From: Opitutaceae bacterium
GTDB lineage: Bacteria > Verrucomicrobiota > Verrucomicrobiia > Opitutales > Coraliomargaritaceae
DNA: 64,000 bases
Assembly: GCA_051252375.1 (NCBI GenBank)
Contig: JBPOFY010000008.1
Span: 32,001 to 96,000, forward strand
Direction: 5' to 3'
Positions 17,401 through 26,136 of this stretch are shown piece after piece (the stretch's first letter is position 1; each line of letters begins with the position of its first letter). Made by a program: the position numbers and the translations under genes. Below the pieces are notes generated by a model. It was given only the letters and a program-made list of their open reading frames with translations, did not search any database and was not told the DNA's origin.

Positions 17401-20390
17401 GCAACCGAGATCGCTCCCGTCTGAACGCCTGTAATGTTGTTTGCGCTCAGGTCACTGCCATCGATCGTCAGACTCTGGCTGTTCAAATTTAGGTCGGCAG
17501 CGGCCACTAGCTGCGATCCGTTCTCGATGGAAATGGTTTCCCCTTGGAAATCCGCATTATTGCCGGCACTTAGATCACTGCTATCGATCCCAAGGTTTCT
17601 ACCAATGAAATTCAAATCGTTGACTGCTGTCACGGTGGATGGACCTGTAACGGAAATGTCCTCCGTTTGCGTCACGGTCATATTATCGGCACCGAGGTCA
17701 CTGCCATCGACTGTCAGACTTTGGCCACTGAGATCCAAGTTGTTGACGGCTGTCACGTTCGAACCATTGGCAACCGAGATCGCTCCGGTCTGAACGCCTG
17801 TAATGTTGTTTGCGCTCAGGTCACTGCCATCGATCGTCAGACCTTGGCTATTCAAATTCAGATCGTTAGCTGCTGTTAAGGTGGATGCACCTGTGACGGA
17901 AATATCATCCGTTTGCGTCGCTGAAATGTTGGCGGCACTGAGTTGACTACCATCAACTGTGAGACTTTGCCCCGTCAGATTTAGGCCGTTGACGGCTGTA
18001 ACATCCGATCCATTGGCAACCGAGATGGCCCCCGTTTGGATACCTGTAATGTTGTTTGCGCTGAGTTGACTGCCATCGATCGTCAGATCCCGGCTGTTCA
18101 GATTCAGATCGTTAGCTGCTGCTAAGGTGGATGCACCTGTGACGGAAATATCATCCGTTTGCGTCACCGTAATGCTGTCTGCTCCGAGGTCACTGCCACC
18201 GACACTGAGGCTTTGGCCACTGAGACTCAAGTTGTTGACGGCTGTCACGGTCGAACCGTTTGCAACCGAGATCGCTCCGTTCTGAACACCTGTAATGTTG
18301 TTTGCGCTCAGGTCACTGCCATCGATCGTCAGACCTTGGCTGTTCAAATTCAAATCGTTAGCTGCTGTTAAGGTGGATGCACCTGTGACGGAAATATCAT
18401 CCGTTTGCGTCGCAGTTATATTGGCGCCACCGAGGTCACTGCCGTCGACTGTGAGGCTTTGACCCGTGAGATCCAGGTCGTTGACGGCTGTCACATCCGA
18501 ACCGTTTGCAACCGAGATCGCTCCGTTCTGAACACCTGTAATGTTATTTGCGCTGAGATCACTGCCGTCGATTGTCAGACCTTGGCTGTTCAAGTTCAGG
18601 TCGTTAGCTGCTGTTAACGTTGATGCACCTGTGACGGAAATATCATCCGTTTGCGTCGCAGTTATATTGGCGCCACCGAGGTCACTGCCGTCGACTGTGA
18701 GGCTTTGACCCGTGAGATCCAGGTCGTTGACGGCTGTCACATCCGAACCGTTTGCAACCGAGATCGCTCCGTTCTGAACACCTGTAATGTTATTTGCGCT
18801 GAGATCACTGCCGTCGATTGTCAGACCTTGGCTGTTCAAGTTCAGGTCGTTAGCTGCTGTTACGCTTGATGAATTTACGGCAATACTGTCGTCAGCTCGA
18901 AGGCGTGCATGATTGGCAGCGCTAAGGAGACTGCTGGCGACGTTTACATTATTGCCACGTAAATTGAGTTCGTTCACAGGCCCGTCGGCAATCGACACGC
19001 CATTGGAATCCTCAGGGAGGATCGGAGCTCCAAAAGTGCCTGCAGTGAGGATAGAGTTATCAAAACTGACATCTCCGAACTCACTGAAAATATGGACTCC
19101 ACCCGATAAATTCTCGATTACTACATTGGAGCCTTCAATACTCCCGAGATAGCTGTCCAGCGAAAGATTGACTGAATTCAGGTTGTCGATGGAAATGCTG
19201 CTACCATCTGCAATTGTGAAAGCCTCTCTTCCCGAGAGCTCGAGCTTGGAGGGCCCTGTAAATCCAGTTGGGACAAAGGCACCACTCAGGCTCATCGTAT
19301 CCGCCGCCCTCATGTAGTATCCCATACGCTGATCTGACGAATCCAGTATTCCGATAGGGCTCAAGTCGAGACCGCCGTTGATTAGATTGATTCTGCCTGC
19401 GAAATAGCCAACAACCACCTCATCAGAAATCAGGCCGGGCAGGAAACCTGCAGGGACTTCGATGCCGGGCGCATCCACAAAGTTTAGATCTTTGTAGCCC
19501 TCTGTCTGAGGCGTCACTTCCGTATCCAAGATATAATCCAGGCGCTCAACACCAGTGAGCGGAATGGGCTGGCTATCCACATTGGTAACTCGCACGTTAT
19601 CTGTGCTGCCTATGTCCAGAACCACGTTAGAGTCGCCCGTGACCTTGACGATTCTTGCGTCAGTCTCGCTGAGTGATCCATTGGCAATTTCGGTCGCTTG
19701 ATTAGTCGCAGCCGCGTCGATTTTATTTTGACTTTCGATGCGCTCGGAAAATCCGTTCAGCAAGCTGGAATCGGCCATCATTCTAGATAAATCAAAGTTC
19801 AAAACAGGGCCCGGGCGACCCTCACCAGACCCTTCGGTTTCTTTAGTCGGCAAGACGAAGGTCATTTGGCCCGCCTTCAGGATACGAACGGTTCCGTCGG
19901 GGTAACCCACCTGAGCGATGCCTTCGAGCACCACTAACTTGAATCCGCCGTCTGCCGTTGCCACAACCGCGATAGTCGTGCCAATCACAGATGCTGTGGC
20001 GGATGCAGTGACGACACGACCCCCACCACGACCTTCAGGAGAATGAAATAGTATCGAGCCCTTCTTCAGATTGATCGTGCGTGAGTTGTCATCAAAGGAG
20101 AACAAGGTATTGGCACCCACGCGAGTGATAGTGCCATCTTCGGCTTCCATTCGGACACGCGAGCGACGCCCCGTCTCGAGGAAATCAGGCGCTCGGAAAA
20201 TCATCTCCGCGAGTGCGGGTTGAGGCGCTAACTCCTGACCAGAGAGAATCGCCGCCTGATTGATGACTTCGACGATCCTAGACTCAGTCAAAGGCAGAAT
20301 CTCGCGCGCCGCTGCAAGTTGGCAGAATGACCCGCTGACTCCTATTAAACTAATAATCAGTCGGAATTTTAGTATATATGAGGTGTTCAC
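14427..20390 (-). CDS. Giant exported FecR-domain protein with beta-helix-like tandem repeats and duplicated C-terminal modules
   Basis: Signal peptide; FecR motifs (LETGRRSRVRM..DGTITRVGANT, TATASVIGT, VVLEG); Asn/Ser/Thr/Gly-rich ~41-aa repeats. Confidence 0.88.
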   Translation of the reverse strand: MNTSYILKFRLIISLIGVSGSFCQLAAAREILPLTESRIVEVINQAAILSGQELAPQPALAEMIFRAPDFLETGRRSRVRMEAEDGTITRVGANTLFSFDDNSRTINLKKGSILFHSPEGRGGGRVVTASATASVIGTTIAVVATADGGFKLVVLEGIAQVGYPDGTVRILKAGQMTFVLPTKETEGSGEGRPGPVLNFDLSRMMADSSLLNGFSERIESQNKIDAAATNQATEIANGSLSETDARIVKVTGDSNVVLDIGSTDNVRVTNVDSQPIPLTGVERLDYILDTEVTPQTEGYKDLNFVDAPGIEVPAGFLPGLISDEVVVGYFAGRINLINGGLDLSPIGILDSSDQRMGYYMRAADTMSLSGAFVPTGFTGPSKLELSGREAFTIADGSSISIDNLNSVNLSLDSYLGSIEGSNVVIENLSGGVHIFSEFGDVSFDNSILTAGTFGAPILPEDSNGVSIADGPVNELNLRGNNVNVASSLLSAANHARLRADDSIAVNSSSVTAANDLNLNSQGLTIDGSDLSANNITGVQNGAISVANGSDVTAVNDLDLTGQSLTVDGSDLGGANITATQTDDISVTGASTLTAANDLNLNSQGLTIDGSDLSANNITGVQNGAISVANGSDVTAVNDLDLTGQSLTVDGSDLGGANITATQTDDISVTGASTLTAANDLNLNSQGLTIDGSDLSANNITGVQNGAISVANGSTVTAVNNLSLSGQSLSVGGSDLGADSITVTQTDDISVTGASTLAAANDLNLNSRDLTIDGSQLSANNITGIQTGAISVANGSDVTAVNGLNLTGQSLTVDGSQLSAANISATQTDDISVTGASTLTAANDLNLNSQGLTIDGSDLSANNITGVQTGAISVANGSNVTAVNNLDLSGQSLTVDGSDLGADNMTVTQTEDISVTGPSTVTAVNDLNFIGRNLGIDSSDLSAGNNADFQGETISIENGSQLVAAADLNLNSQSLTIDGSDLSANNITGVQTGAISVANGSNVTAVNNLNLSGQSLSVGGSDLGADSITVTQTEDISITGVSTLTAAIDLSLNSRDLTVDASQLSANNITGIQTGAISVANGSNVTATNDLDLTGQSLTVDGSDLGGANITATQTDDISVTGASTLTAANELNLNSQGLTIDGSSLSADNITGVQTGAISVANGSDVTAVNGLNLTGQSLTVDGSDLSADNLTAIQADAISIENGARVLAAGDLNLRGQSLTVDGSELSAGNEADLQAETISIVNSSNVTVNTDLSLSGQNLTIDGSTLDAANITGIQTQNISIQNGSIVTATNDMDLFGQNLTIDSSDLNAANNADLHAENLIVVNASDVTANTVEFSANDITSTQTNYFTDDLSVMAVNELSLSFSDLSAIASINLGARTLILSDVSFNSSSTIQLGSANGLLAASPNTGAAALPDFVNFISNVTVDGNPAQNYVSLAQGGLGLVTGIDLVATTGSGNNELQELLALYRILETTVSPQTDGFPALNFVDAPGIQVTDNTPIGLGSDGVIVGVLAGNINFIDGSLNVSPIGIAAGTDGRMAYYLQASQNMSFEDDFELTGFTMPSKIEFSGIEAITFATDTTVFIDDDNSVNLSLGSYFGDIELFNADFENKSGGIRIFTELGDINLNESKLTAGDMGNPLLPVDSNDVTIAGGPVNELELSSQNLMVNKSDLRAANNASFDAETMSIVNSSKVTVNNDLNLSGQSLAINDSELTADNNIDIQVETTSIENGSKLTAGNDLNISGQSLTVDDSDLTTDNNVDIQVESISIVSANGYGVKAENDLNLSGQSLTVNDSKLDGDNITTNQTGTISVANASSVTAVTDLNVSGLNLTIADSDLTAGNRATLQAGNLITVNASDVKADFIEFSANDIATLTTKLDTDDLSMQAVNELSLSSSDLSSIASINLGARTLILSDVKFNDSSNIQLGSANGLLADNPNTGASVLPDYVNFISNVTVGSDPAQNFISVAQGGTGIEASVINLYSTAP
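16410..18900 (-). repeat. Intragenic tandem array of ~123-bp (41-aa) units with a 246-bp higher-order period, about 20 units
   Basis: About 18390..18615 is nearly identical to about 18636..18861. Shadow ORFs at 18159, 18405 and 18651 recur every 246 bp. Confidence 0.92.
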
Positions 20391-20428
20391 ACTATATTTA
20401 TATGGGTTGTTTATGATAAAAGTAAAGT

Positions 20429-22582
20429 CTATTTACGAGTCGCCACATAGACGCCCGCCCAATCGGCAGGCGGCGGATGAGCCAAAAACTGCTCACACCG
20501 AAGCATAAAGCACTCTGCCAGAGCAGCTTGCTGAGGCTGATCCTGTTGGAAGTCGGCAAATGCCGCCATTGCTTCTGCGAATTGGTCCTCACGATACAGT
20601 TTCAGCGCAGAATGCCAAGCAACTAACCATGCCTCCCCATCGCTCGCTCGAACTGGCTGATAGATGCGAACCGGCGCAGAACGTCCTTTCACCTGCACGA
20701 GATCAATCTCCTGAAAAACAACGCCTTCGGGCGGACAAATACGCATTTCCTCACTGACCAAAATGCTACATCCATACACTCTGGTCAGCCCCTCGATACG
20801 TGAGGCTAAGTTGACCACGTCCCCCATCACGGCGAACTCCTTTCTCTGTGAATGGCCTAAATTGCCGACGAAGCCATTGCCGCGGCTAATACCGATGCCG
20901 ACACCTAAACGAGGCCGCCCTGTGCCCTGCCACTGTATATTCAGGCGCTCCAACTCTTCCACCATCGCTAATGCCGCTGCGATTGCCAACTGAGAGTCCT
21001 GCTCATCGCCATCCGAGTAAATACCGCCCCAGACCGCCAGCACCGCATCTCCAATGTATTTATTTAAAGACCCCTTCCTCCGCAAAATGACTTCCACCAA
21101 ACCCTCGAAGTATTCATTCAATTGCTGGACCAATACCTCCGGGTCGGCCCCCTCGCTCAATGCAGTGAAGCCACGAATATCAGCAAACATAGATACGATT
21201 GAACGATTCGCCCCACGTAAAACAGACTCCAGGCGCGCGGGTTCTTCCACGATCAGCTGCGCGATTTCCGGAGAGACATAACGATCCAAATAAGAGCGCA
21301 TACGCTTTCGTTCGTATTGCTCGATTACATAATCGCAAAGCAGGAGCAGACCGCCGCCCACACCAACAATCCAGACAACCGGCATGACTGGTAACACCAA
21401 ACCATAACGAGAAAAGAGCCACTGCGAGAGCAAGGAATTGCCGATGAAGACCAGTAGCAAAAATATCCCTTTAGAACTGGCAGCACGCAAATAGAGAATA
21501 CCGACACTAATCAACAGCGCCAAGCAGCTAACTAGAACAAGCTGCCATGTGCTCGAAACATTCCGATAGAAAGAATCGTTTAACAATGAACGCGCAACAT
21601 GCCCATGCGTCTCAACCCCATACATATCGCCGAAAGGTGTTTGCAGCACGTCTTTGAAGAAGTCGGAGAAAGAACCGACGATGACAATCGAGTCCTCGAA
21701 AAGGGATTCATGCGCTAAAAAGCGATCTTTCAATAAGATATCGACATAACTCACGCTTTCAAAGTAATCGAGCCCACCGTAGTTAATAATCGGGTAATCG
21801 GGCAAACGTTCAATCCGTTCAAATGCCCCATCACTGGAAAGCGCCGCAGCTTGCGCACCGAGAGACAGGTAATTCTCGGAACGCTCTGCGAGTGCTTGTA
21901 TTCTAGCACGAGCCTCATCATTGGCAATGAAGGCCTGTTTTTCAGAATAAATATTAGTCGTCAGTTTTGCTCTACGCAGCACACCATCGGGATCGCGCTG
22001 TATATTCACAAAACCCAACAAGCCAGATTCGTCCAAGGGCAGGAGATCATCATAAGGCAAGCGCTCTTCTACTAAGGTCTCTCCTAGCTCATTCTCGCTC
22101 ACAGAGTAATCGTAGCCCAAAACCACACGCCCGGGGTTGGCTTCGATCACATCTAGTAAATCAAAGTCGCCCTCACTTGGAGAGGGAAAGACAAAATCAA
22201 ATGCCACCACTTTGGCTCCCGCATCAATCAGACGTTGAGCCACCACACCATGAATCGCGCGATTCCAGGGCCATGGCTCCTCCAACAGTTTTGCTTCGGG
22301 GTTGACCGCAATATCCGCTTCAGAAAGCTGAGGAAAGAGTGAGCGGTCATCGACTGTCACCAACACGATTCGGGTCTCATCATTCGCTCGCTCCTCCACA
22401 CCTCGAACCAAGAAGCGAAGCGAAAGGCTCGCTTGTTCGACTGCGAACAGAAACTTAAATGATTGCACCTTGGGCCAGCAGATCAACGCCGCCAAAAAAA
22501 AGATCAACGCGGGGTAAGCAAACAAGCGAATACGCTTCAAACGCCGACTGAGTTCATTTACATTAGCCTTCTGGAAATCCAT
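20429..22582 (-). CDS. CHASE2-domain class III adenylate/guanylate cyclase
   Basis: CHASE2 motifs (WPWNRAIH, AFDFVF, DPDGVLR, TPFGDMYGVETH), three TM helices, FADIRGFT, KYIGDA, GDVVNLASRIE and a TPR-like tail. Confidence 0.95.
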   Translation of the reverse strand: MDFQKANVNELSRRLKRIRLFAYPALIFFLAALICWPKVQSFKFLFAVEQASLSLRFLVRGVEERANDETRIVLVTVDDRSLFPQLSEADIAVNPEAKLLEEPWPWNRAIHGVVAQRLIDAGAKVVAFDFVFPSPSEGDFDLLDVIEANPGRVVLGYDYSVSENELGETLVEERLPYDDLLPLDESGLLGFVNIQRDPDGVLRRAKLTTNIYSEKQAFIANDEARARIQALAERSENYLSLGAQAAALSSDGAFERIERLPDYPIINYGGLDYFESVSYVDILLKDRFLAHESLFEDSIVIVGSFSDFFKDVLQTPFGDMYGVETHGHVARSLLNDSFYRNVSSTWQLVLVSCLALLISVGILYLRAASSKGIFLLLVFIGNSLLSQWLFSRYGLVLPVMPVVWIVGVGGGLLLLCDYVIEQYERKRMRSYLDRYVSPEIAQLIVEEPARLESVLRGANRSIVSMFADIRGFTALSEGADPEVLVQQLNEYFEGLVEVILRRKGSLNKYIGDAVLAVWGGIYSDGDEQDSQLAIAAALAMVEELERLNIQWQGTGRPRLGVGIGISRGNGFVGNLGHSQRKEFAVMGDVVNLASRIEGLTRVYGCSILVSEEMRICPPEGVVFQEIDLVQVKGRSAPVRIYQPVRASDGEAWLVAWHSALKLYREDQFAEAMAAFADFQQDQPQQAALAECFMLRCEQFLAHPPPADWAGVYVATRK

Positions 22583-22715
22583 CTCTGAATGAGCATCCTC
22601 AACGATTCAGCGTCCATTGCGAACCTAAAGAGCAACTCGCTCCAGCCGAAAACAGGAGCCAAGCTAGCACAGTCTATTGCTGGAATAAATAATCCGTTCA
22701 ATACTCTTAGCCCAC

Positions 22716-22928
22716 ATGACATGTGAAAACAAAAAATGCTCCACCGCGGGCTGTGGCGGACCAGGAATGTGCCCGGGAATTGCCTTAATGCTCTCGATCT
22801 TCGTCGGCATCGGCATCACAACCCTCAGCGGCAGCACCCTCTTCGGCTGGCTCGTAGCGGTGCCACTAGGGATTTCACTCATCCTGGGTCTACCCCAAAA
22901 GATATTCACCAAACTTTTGGGCAGGTAG
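22716..22928 (+). CDS. Small membrane protein with Cys-rich N-terminus
   Basis: MTCENKKCSTAGCGGPGMC followed by two hydrophobic helices; fills the intergenic gap. Confidence 0.6.
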   Translation: MTCENKKCSTAGCGGPGMCPGIALMLSIFVGIGITTLSGSTLFGWLVAVPLGISLILGLPQKIFTKLLGR

Positions 22929-23017
22929 CTCCACTTACAAACGTATCGAGGATCCCGTTTCCAGTCTAAGTGAATATATGTTCGATCCTTTGGAAATATT
23001 CGTGCCTATTCATCCGC

Positions 23018-23806
23018 ATGAAATACCTCCCCTGTTTACTTGCCCTACTTTCCTTCGCTTACCCCGTGATTGCGGAAGACGGCTTTAAGCTGCTATTCAA
23101 CGGCAAGGACTTGAGTGGTTGGCTATCGGCTCGCGAGCAAGCGACCGAGGGCGCGGGGCGCTTCAGTGTAAACCTAGATGAACAGGCGATCCATGTTTAC
23201 GCAAACGAGTCGACTGAGACTAAACAGGATATCGACTATCTGTATACCGAAAGTGAATACAGTGATTATGTGCTGAAGCTTGAATACAAGTGGCTAGAAA
23301 AACGCTTTGAGCCACGCCCAACCCATGACCGCGACTCCGGCTTACTTTTCCATGTGCATGGGGATTTGCTGAAAGTATGGCCGAAATGTTTGGAAATGCA
23401 GCTAGGAGAGTCGAGCGCGGACAAGACCAAAGATCGCTACGCGACAGGTGACCTCTGGGTGATCGGCAGGGACGTGCATGTGATGAATGCTCGCAACAAA
23501 GACGACTTCTACGTCCCAGGCTTACCCTTGGTTCCGGTGGGCACGACTCATTCCTATGACAAATCCTATATTACAGAAGCCAATGAGAAGGCGCACGGCG
23601 AGTGGAACGAGATCACATTAACGGTGCGTGGTGGCAAAGAGGCGATCTTTGAACTCAACGGCAAGGTGGTGAATCAAATCTCGCAGATGACTTACCTCGT
23701 CGACGATCAACGGGTGCCACTGGATCACGGACGTATCGGACTCCAAGCAGAATACGCGGAGCTGCTGTATCGAAATATCCGCATCAAAGAATTGCCTGCT
23801 CAATAG
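23018..23806 (+). CDS. DUF1080 (3-keto-disaccharide hydrolase-like) protein
   Basis: LFNGKDLSGW, DSGLLFH, GEWN and IGLQAE..YRNIRIKEL motifs; signal peptide from ATG 23018. Confidence 0.9.
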   Translation: MKYLPCLLALLSFAYPVIAEDGFKLLFNGKDLSGWLSAREQATEGAGRFSVNLDEQAIHVYANESTETKQDIDYLYTESEYSDYVLKLEYKWLEKRFEPRPTHDRDSGLLFHVHGDLLKVWPKCLEMQLGESSADKTKDRYATGDLWVIGRDVHVMNARNKDDFYVPGLPLVPVGTTHSYDKSYITEANEKAHGEWNEITLTVRGGKEAIFELNGKVVNQISQMTYLVDDQRVPLDHGRIGLQAEYAELLYRNIRIKELPAQ

Positions 23807-23867
23807 CCGATTTGGATGATTCCGCGGTGAATGCGGAGCTCACACCTCTAACACTGAAAACTATCGA

Positions 23868-24641
23868 ATGGATATTTGGGGGAAACTAAAAGCCATATTC
23901 GAAGACGCACCCAAGGAAATCGTTTTTAAAGACGAGTGGGTCGCATTCTTGAATGCCAATCTGCCACTCTACGGTCGCCTGCCTGCTGAACTACAGGAAA
24001 GGCTACACCTACGAATCGGCGAGTTCGTGACGACCACTTTTTTTGAGGGATGCAACGATCTCGAACTGACCGACGAGATGATCCTCACCGTCGCGGCGCA
24101 GGCCTGCTTGCTGGTGATCAACCACGAAGGCGCCCCCTACCCCCAGCTCAACACCGTCTTACTTTACCCGACTGTGTTCACAGCCACCAGCGAGTCGCTC
24201 GGGCCCGGCGGCACGATCATTAAACGTGAAGTCAAATGCGAGGGCGAGTCATGGGACAACGGCACCGTCATCCTCGCTTGGAATTCCGTTCAGCAAGGTG
24301 CGACCAATATCTTCGATGGTCACAATGTGACTTTTCATGAGTTCGCCCACCAAATCGACTCGCTCGATGGCGACACCGACGGCGTGCCTGTGCTCCACAG
24401 CGAAGCCGCGTTTCAAACATGGGCGGCGGTGCTCGGTGAACATGCGGAAAAATTCATGGACCGTGTGCGACGCGGCAGAAAAACAATCCTCGATCCATAC
24501 GGCGCGACCAACCCTGCCGAGTATTTTGCAGTCGCGACAGAAACCTTTTTTGAAAAGCCCAAGCAATTAAAGAAGAAGCAGCCTGGTCTCTACGAAGAGC
24601 TGGAGAAATTCTATCAGCTCGATCCTGCGAGTTGGTTTTAG
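23868..24641 (+). CDS. Zinc-dependent peptidase M90 (MtfA family)
   Basis: FEGC, VAAQAC, NVTFHEFAHQID and YGATNPAEYFAVATETFFE motifs. Confidence 0.92.
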   Translation: MDIWGKLKAIFEDAPKEIVFKDEWVAFLNANLPLYGRLPAELQERLHLRIGEFVTTTFFEGCNDLELTDEMILTVAAQACLLVINHEGAPYPQLNTVLLYPTVFTATSESLGPGGTIIKREVKCEGESWDNGTVILAWNSVQQGATNIFDGHNVTFHEFAHQIDSLDGDTDGVPVLHSEAAFQTWAAVLGEHAEKFMDRVRRGRKTILDPYGATNPAEYFAVATETFFEKPKQLKKKQPGLYEELEKFYQLDPASWF

Positions 24642-24828
24642 AGCAGCCCCTGCAGTGCAACGCAGACGCATACTGTGTTTACGTGATGAATGTGAGCCAA
24701 TTAACACTCGCGTTCAAAGGCGATGAATTGGATAACAAGAGCATCTTTGGTTTCACCGTGCCATCCCCGAAAATTCACAAGGCACAACCCACTCAATATC
24801 GTCTCCAAATCGGCAAATCTACAGTTCA

Positions 24829-26136
24829 ATGTTCCACCTTCTCCTAACATCAACACTCCGGTCCGCCGGATACCTGTCAGCGTTTTGCCTGACATTATTG
24901 CTTTCAGTCAATCAGGTCGTAGCCGTAGAAGTGACCAGCGCAAGCATCCTCGAAGATGAAACCGGCAGCTTAGACAGAGCACTCGGCGACAATTACTCCG
25001 AACGACTTGCAAATTTTGAAAGCCAATTGATCAGTCGTGACGAGTCGGACAAAGAAGTCTTCATCTACTCCTGCAAATACGTGCAAGCCACTACGATTCG
25101 CCGAGTATTGGAAGAATTTATCAGCTCCGACGGAATGGTCGCCGACAGTGCGGAGTCCGACCAAATCGTGATCTCGGATCGTCGCAGCAATATCGAGATG
25201 CTGAAAACCATCATCAAGGAGCTCGATCAAGCGGTGCCGCAAATTCTCGTCGAGGCACGCATCGTCGAGCTCAACATCGAATCCGACCTCGAGAAAGAGG
25301 TGGACCTATTTTACAAAGACATGGGGCTCGATGCCGCGAGAGATTTCCTCGACAGCTCGGGTGACGTCATTGAAGGCGGGACATTAGGTTCACTGCTAGA
25401 TGTGGCAGGGGCAGCCTCAAGCCCGACTCAAGGTGCCTTTCTCAATTCACAAGTCTGGACAGATGGCGATCAATCACTGAACCTGTTCCTCCGCTACTTA
25501 GAAACCAATGGTAAAGCCACTATTCTATCGGCTCCAAACCTGATCATCCAGCGCGGTAAAGAAGGCAGCATCGTAACCGGTGAAGAGGTTCCCATTCTCT
25601 CGCAAACCACCTCCAGCGGTGGCGTCACCACATCCACCGAATTCAAAAGTGTGGGTATCAAACTCAGCGTGAAACCCACCATGATCTCCGGCGACCGTGT
25701 GCGACTCGAGGTGAACCCCGAAGTTTCGACCGTTACCGGATTTAGCGACGCAGGCGACGTGAGTAATCCGATCATTGCCGTGCGTCAGGCACGCACCGAA
25801 CTGGAAGTCCGCGACGGTCAACTCATCTCGATGGCTGGTCTATTACAAAGCACCAAGCGCGACACACGACGCCGCACACCAATCTTGTCTAACGTCCCCA
25901 TTTTAGGGTCCCTCTTCAAGTCGGACCGCAAACAAAACGAACAGACACAGTTGATCATCTTCTTGAGCATTAAGATACTGCCATTCGGTGAAGACACGAT
26001 CATACGACCCGATTCACTCAATCCTAAGATCCAGCAAACGATCGACAGCATCGAAGCCAGCAACGATGAGTCCGTTAAAGATCCTAGTATCATCAACGAC
26101 GTGAAGCATTTATTAGATATTGGTGTCAGTGAATAA
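24829..26136 (+). CDS. Minimal secretin (GspD/PilQ superfamily): one N3/NolW-like domain plus secretin core
   Basis: [52 protein letters not shown] and [15 protein letters not shown]. Confidence 0.9.
   Translation: MFHLLLTSTLRSAGYLSAFCLTLLLSVNQVVAVEVTSASILEDETGSLDRALGDNYSERLANFESQLISRDESDKEVFIYSCKYVQATTIRRVLEEFISSDGMVADSAESDQIVISDRRSNIEMLKTIIKELDQAVPQILVEARIVELNIESDLEKEVDLFYKDMGLDAARDFLDSSGDVIEGGTLGSLLDVAGAASSPTQGAFLNSQVWTDGDQSLNLFLRYLETNGKATILSAPNLIIQRGKEGSIVTGEEVPILSQTTSSGGVTTSTEFKSVGIKLSVKPTMISGDRVRLEVNPEVSTVTGFSDAGDVSNPIIAVRQARTELEVRDGQLISMAGLLQSTKRDTRRRTPILSNVPILGSLFKSDRKQNEQTQLIIFLSIKILPFGEDTIIRPDSLNPKIQQTIDSIEASNDESVKDPSIINDVKHLLDIGVSE

Noticed and set aside
16564..18869. Series of 64-122 aa plus-strand ORFs recurring with the repeat period
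   Set aside because: They are antisense shadows of the repeat array in the FecR gene.
16410..18900. Regularly spaced repeats as a CRISPR array
   Set aside because: The units are contiguous, in-frame coding repeats with no unique spacers, and no cas genes are present.
24829..26136. Secretin as a filamentous-phage pIV or part of a T2SS/T4P cluster
   Set aside because: No Zot/pI ATPase, coat genes, pilins, GspE/PilB or platform genes are in the window.
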